Shown one piece after another: positions 61,113 to 64,000 of a stretch of 64,000 bases of DNA (within the stretch, counting starts at the first letter, position 1; each line of letters opens with the position of its first letter). The notes below the pieces were generated by a model. That model was given only the letters and a program-made list of their open reading frames with translations, was not told the DNA's origin and searched no databases. The stretch comes from Longimicrobiales bacterium (GTDB taxonomy: Bacteria > Gemmatimonadota > Gemmatimonadetes > Longimicrobiales > Gaopeijiaceae). Where the stretch lies: NCBI GenBank assembly GCA_965204735.1, contig OZ242008.1, positions 1,984,001 through 2,048,000 on the forward strand, in the 5' to 3' direction. The position numbers and the translations under genes were made by a program.

Positions 61113-61880
61113 TCAGCAGACGATGGGAAGCAGGGGCCGGAGACGGCTGGCGGAGCCCTCGGCGTAGGAGATGGTGTAGACCCTGATCTGGCCGCACCCC
61201 CGGATCACCTCGACCCGGTACGCCTCGGTCGTGGGCAGGGACGCGAGCTCCTGCACGCCGCCGAACGCCGGCGCGTCGTCGATGAAGATGCGCGGACGCT
61301 GGGGGGTGACCCCTCTGGTGCGCATGCAGTCCCGTCCCTGGGCGAAGACGGGGCCGGAAGCGCCCACGAAGCAGGGCACGAACTCGAAGCCGGGACGGCT
61401 GTTCAAGTACTCGGCCACGCTCATGTCGGGCGCGAACCTGAGCTCGGCCTGGGGATAGGTGCTGGCGGCGAAGGGCAAGCTTCGCAGCCGGCTCTCCAGC
61501 CTGTCCACGTAGACCTCGATTCCTTCAAGCACCACGGGCTTCGGGATCAGGGCCACCTCGACGAACTGGCCTTCCCGGATGTCGAGGACCTGCTCCAGGT
61601 CCGCGTACCCGAGCCGGGCGACCGAGACCAGGCTGGGTCCGGCCGGCACGTCGGGAATGCTGAAGCGGCCCGACGCGTCCGAGACGCCCGTGACCGTCGA
61701 TCCGTCCACCCTTCGCGTCTCGGGCAGAACCACCACCGCGCCCTCCACGGGCTCCCCGCGGTAGGTGTCCACGATCTGGCCCGCGAAGACGACGGGCGCC
61801 TGGGCCTGGGCGTGGGCGAACCCCCCCATGAGAAGGGCTGCTGCCGCAACGCCCAACGTCGCCGAGGCCACGCGAACCAT
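61113..61880 (-). CDS. CarboxypepD_reg-like domain + TonB plug-like protein, no barrel
   Basis: Signal peptide, GEPVEGAVV, SDASGRF, RLGY, then IFIDD...RVEVIRGCGQIRVYT. Confidence 0.75.
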   Translation of the reverse strand: MVRVASATLGVAAAALLMGGFAHAQAQAPVVFAGQIVDTYRGEPVEGAVVVLPETRRVDGSTVTGVSDASGRFSIPDVPAGPSLVSVARLGYADLEQVLDIREGQFVEVALIPKPVVLEGIEVYVDRLESRLRSLPFAASTYPQAELRFAPDMSVAEYLNSRPGFEFVPCFVGASGPVFAQGRDCMRTRGVTPQRPRIFIDDAPAFGGVQELASLPTTEAYRVEVIRGCGQIRVYTISYAEGSASRLRPLLPIVC

Positions 61881-61888
61881 CCTCCGGG

Positions 61889-62362
61889 TCAATCCAGCTC
61901 CCGGACCGCCTCCACGATCTCGTCGAAGGGAGGCAGCACCCCCGGGTCGTCGCTCTGCCAGCTCCAGCCGATCCGCCCCTCCCGGTCCACCACGAAGACC
62001 GAGCGCTTGGCCACGCCGCGCAGGCCGAAGAAGTCCTCCTGAAGGACCCCGTAGGCGGCGGCCGCCTCCTTGTTGAAGTCGGAGAGGACCGGAAACGGGA
62101 CGCCCATCTCCTCGGCCCACTTCTGGTTGACGAAGGGAGAGTCGATGCTGACGCCGAAGACCTCGGCGTCCAGCTCGCCCCAGGTGCTCCAGTTCTCCGA
62201 CACGTGGCAGAGCTCCTCCGTGCAGGTGCCGGAGAAGGCCAGGGGCACGAACATCAGCACCACCGGCCGGCCCCGCTGGTCCGAGAGCGTGACGGGCTTC
62301 TGGCCCAGCTCCTTCGTCAGAGAGAAGTCGGGCGCCGGCGCGCCCGCGGAAAGTTCGGTCAT
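61889..62362 (-). CDS. Peroxiredoxin (AhpE/BCP-like)
   Basis: APDFSL, PLAFSGTCTEELC (peroxidatic PxxxSxxC), LSDF, RSVFVVD. Confidence 0.88.
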   Translation of the reverse strand: MTELSAGAPAPDFSLTKELGQKPVTLSDQRGRPVVLMFVPLAFSGTCTEELCHVSENWSTWGELDAEVFGVSIDSPFVNQKWAEEMGVPFPVLSDFNKEAAAAYGVLQEDFFGLRGVAKRSVFVVDREGRIGWSWQSDDPGVLPPFDEIVEAVRELD

Positions 62363-62467
62363 CCGATCTGGTCCTCCAGGGGGGCGTGTCCCACGCAAGG
62401 CGGTCGCGCGCAGTCGCCGAGGGCCGCGTCCCCGCAGGGGCCGTCTCGCCGCCGGCACGTCGTCAAG

Positions 62468-63601
62468 CTAACCGCCCATGGAAGTCGCCGCCCGCCCGCG
62501 ACCGCCCGGCCGCTGCCTTCGACGCCCGTGCCTCGTCCAGATGAGCACGGCGCCGCAGTCGTTCTGCGCGCTGAACTGAATCGGCGTGCGCGTCCCCCAG
62601 TAGACCTCGGCCAGCTCGACCCACTCCGGCGAGATCTGGTCGATGTCCACCGAGCCTTCGACGTCCGGGTTGAACTCGACTCCGTCCACCCAGACCGACA
62701 GCTCGCACCCCCGGGCGTAGACCACGGCCCGAGACGGAAAACTGAGCAGGCCTCCCTCGCGGCGAACCTCCAGCCCTGGCACGTGACGGAGAGCGTCGGA
62801 GATCCGATGCGACGCCTGCCGTTCGATCGCTTCCCGCGTGAGCACCCTGTTGGCGATCCCCCTTGCCAGCCTGTCGTACACGCCGTGGGCCTCCAGGAGG
62901 GGCAAGCGCACCTCGACGACGACCGGGGGCAGCTCGATCGCCTTCACGGCCATCCCCACCCGCACCGCCGTGGTGCGTCCCGGGTGGAGGACGACGGGCT
63001 CGGTGCGAGGCGCGTAGCCGATCATCTCCACCGTCAGGCGCGTCAGGACCGGGGCCAGGTCGTCGAAGGCGACCGCGCCGCGGGCGTCTGTGGGGCGAGT
63101 CTCGCCGGTGAGCAGCGAGACTGCCGCGCCTTCGACGGGCCGCCCCGTCTCCGAGTCGGCGACGGCGACCACGAGCCGGGACGGGGCCGCCGGGTCGTCC
63201 ACGTCGGCCCGAACCATGCGAAGGACGAAGTCGCCCGAACGACGGACGCTGAAGCCGCCCTGGAGCGGCTCGTAGCCGCTTCTGCGCACCACCAGCTCGT
63301 ACTCGCCCACCACGGCGTCGAAGGATGCCCGTCCGTCCAGGTCCGTGACGTGGCGGCCGACGACGCCGGAGAGCTCGATCACCGCGCCCGCCAGCGCCTC
63401 CCTGCTGACCGAATCGCGCACGTAGGCGGTGATCAGCACCGAATCGGCACCGCCCTCCGCGACCTGGACGCCGGCCGCCGTCGGGAGCCCGGCCGGCAGG
63501 AGCCCAGCCAGCAGGAGAGCTGCCCGAACGACGGCGAGTCCCGGGCTCCGTCGGTCCCGCACGCGACGGCGCCGGGCCGGCACAACCGAGTCTCCCAGCA
63601 T
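62468..63601 (-). CDS. Two CarboxypepD_reg-like domains + TonB plug-like protein, no barrel
   Basis: Signal region, TDLDG and TDARG repeats, VWVDG...EVY...CGAVLIWTR; GGAGG upstream of ATG 63601. Confidence 0.78.
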   Translation of the reverse strand: MLGDSVVPARRRRVRDRRSPGLAVVRAALLLAGLLPAGLPTAAGVQVAEGGADSVLITAYVRDSVSREALAGAVIELSGVVGRHVTDLDGRASFDAVVGEYELVVRRSGYEPLQGGFSVRRSGDFVLRMVRADVDDPAAPSRLVVAVADSETGRPVEGAAVSLLTGETRPTDARGAVAFDDLAPVLTRLTVEMIGYAPRTEPVVLHPGRTTAVRVGMAVKAIELPPVVVEVRLPLLEAHGVYDRLARGIANRVLTREAIERQASHRISDALRHVPGLEVRREGGLLSFPSRAVVYARGCELSVWVDGVEFNPDVEGSVDIDQISPEWVELAEVYWGTRTPIQFSAQNDCGAVLIWTRHGRRRQRPGGRGRAATSMGG

Positions 63602-63604
63602 ATC

Positions 63605-63893
63605 GACCTCCTTGCGGCTCCTCGGACCTCCTTGCGGCTCCTCGCATGATAGGGGAGGAACGACGGGCCGCGCCACCGTCGGAGTCCCCGTAGGGACGCC
63701 GGAGTCCCCGCAGCGACGCCGTCAAGCTGCCGGGACCCGCACCGCCGGGACCCGCACCGACCCGCTGCCGGGCACCCGCACCGCCAGGACCCCCACGGAC
63801 CCGCTGCCGGACACCCGCACCAGGACCCCCACGGACCCGCTGCCGGACACCCGCGCGGGTTGTACGAGCGGCCCACTGTTGTACCAGCGGCCC
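63605..63893. repeat. Cluster of short tandem duplications
   Basis: 20 bp x2 perfect (63605-63644), 20 bp x2 (63681-63720), 15-bp units from 63729, 36 bp x2 (63784-63854), 16 bp x2 (63859/63878). Confidence 0.85.
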
Positions 63894-63907
63894 GATCTCT
63901 GTATACT
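63879..63907 (+). promoter_or_regulatory. Putative sigma70 promoter for a transcript running out of the window
   Basis: TTGTAC-17 nt-TATACT. Confidence 0.55.
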
Positions 63908-64000
63908 GGAAGGAAGCGAACGTGGTTCCGGCGGTGCGCCGCGCGTGTCTTCCCTAGCCGGGCGCTTGGCGCGCCTCGGGGCCGACGGACTTTTCCGGAG

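Noticed and set aside
63433..63876. Cys/Trp-rich repeat ORF (GCPAAGPWGSW) as a RiPP precursor
   Set aside because: It arises from the DNA tandem repeats, overlaps the start of the 62468..63601 gene in another frame, and has no SD or modifying enzymes nearby.

Overview
A very GC-rich bacterial chromosomal segment. I saw no prophage, IS element, integrase, CRISPR array or known defence system. The gene repertoire (lpxC-fabZ fusion, mcsA-mcsB-clpC next to bamA, a PorV/PorQ-like barrel, CarboxypepD_reg+plug proteins, bshC) suggests a diderm, probably Gemmatimonadota; this is inference and can be checked with the 16S gene. From 1 to 33.6 kb everything is on the minus strand: tRNA-His, a stand-alone 16S rRNA gene (no ITS tRNAs, 23S or 5S after it), era, porV-like, a hypothetical gene, GGDEF, prfB (+1 programmed frameshift), lysS, lolC/E, lolD, mcsA, mcsB, clpC, bamA, skp, lpxD, lpxC-fabZ, lpxA, gnnA-like, a small ORF, lpxB, lpxK, rlmH, a SAM methyltransferase, bshC, a hypothetical gene, murJ, uvrC, a frameshifted TPR lipoprotein and tRNA-Gly. 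From 34 to 64 kb: serine hydrolase, tRNA-Arg, head-to-head ku/ligD, a three-gene SBP / output-less HAMP sensor / OFA-MFS unit, oligopeptidase A, an alpha/beta hydrolase, two GGT-family genes flanking a GlnRS-YqeY fusion, TolC-MFP-RND, csp, an AI-2E transporter, a peroxiredoxin and two barrel-less TonB-plug proteins. The best candidate for an undescribed system is the SBP-HAMP-MFS module, in which the HAMP and MFS ORFs are in frame across a single TAG. Other strong points are the orphan 16S with its own ~29-bp processing stem directly upstream of era, a bshC-coupled methyltransferase (possible N-methyl-bacillithiol), and interlocked ku/ligD start sites. All calls are by eye; no searches were run.
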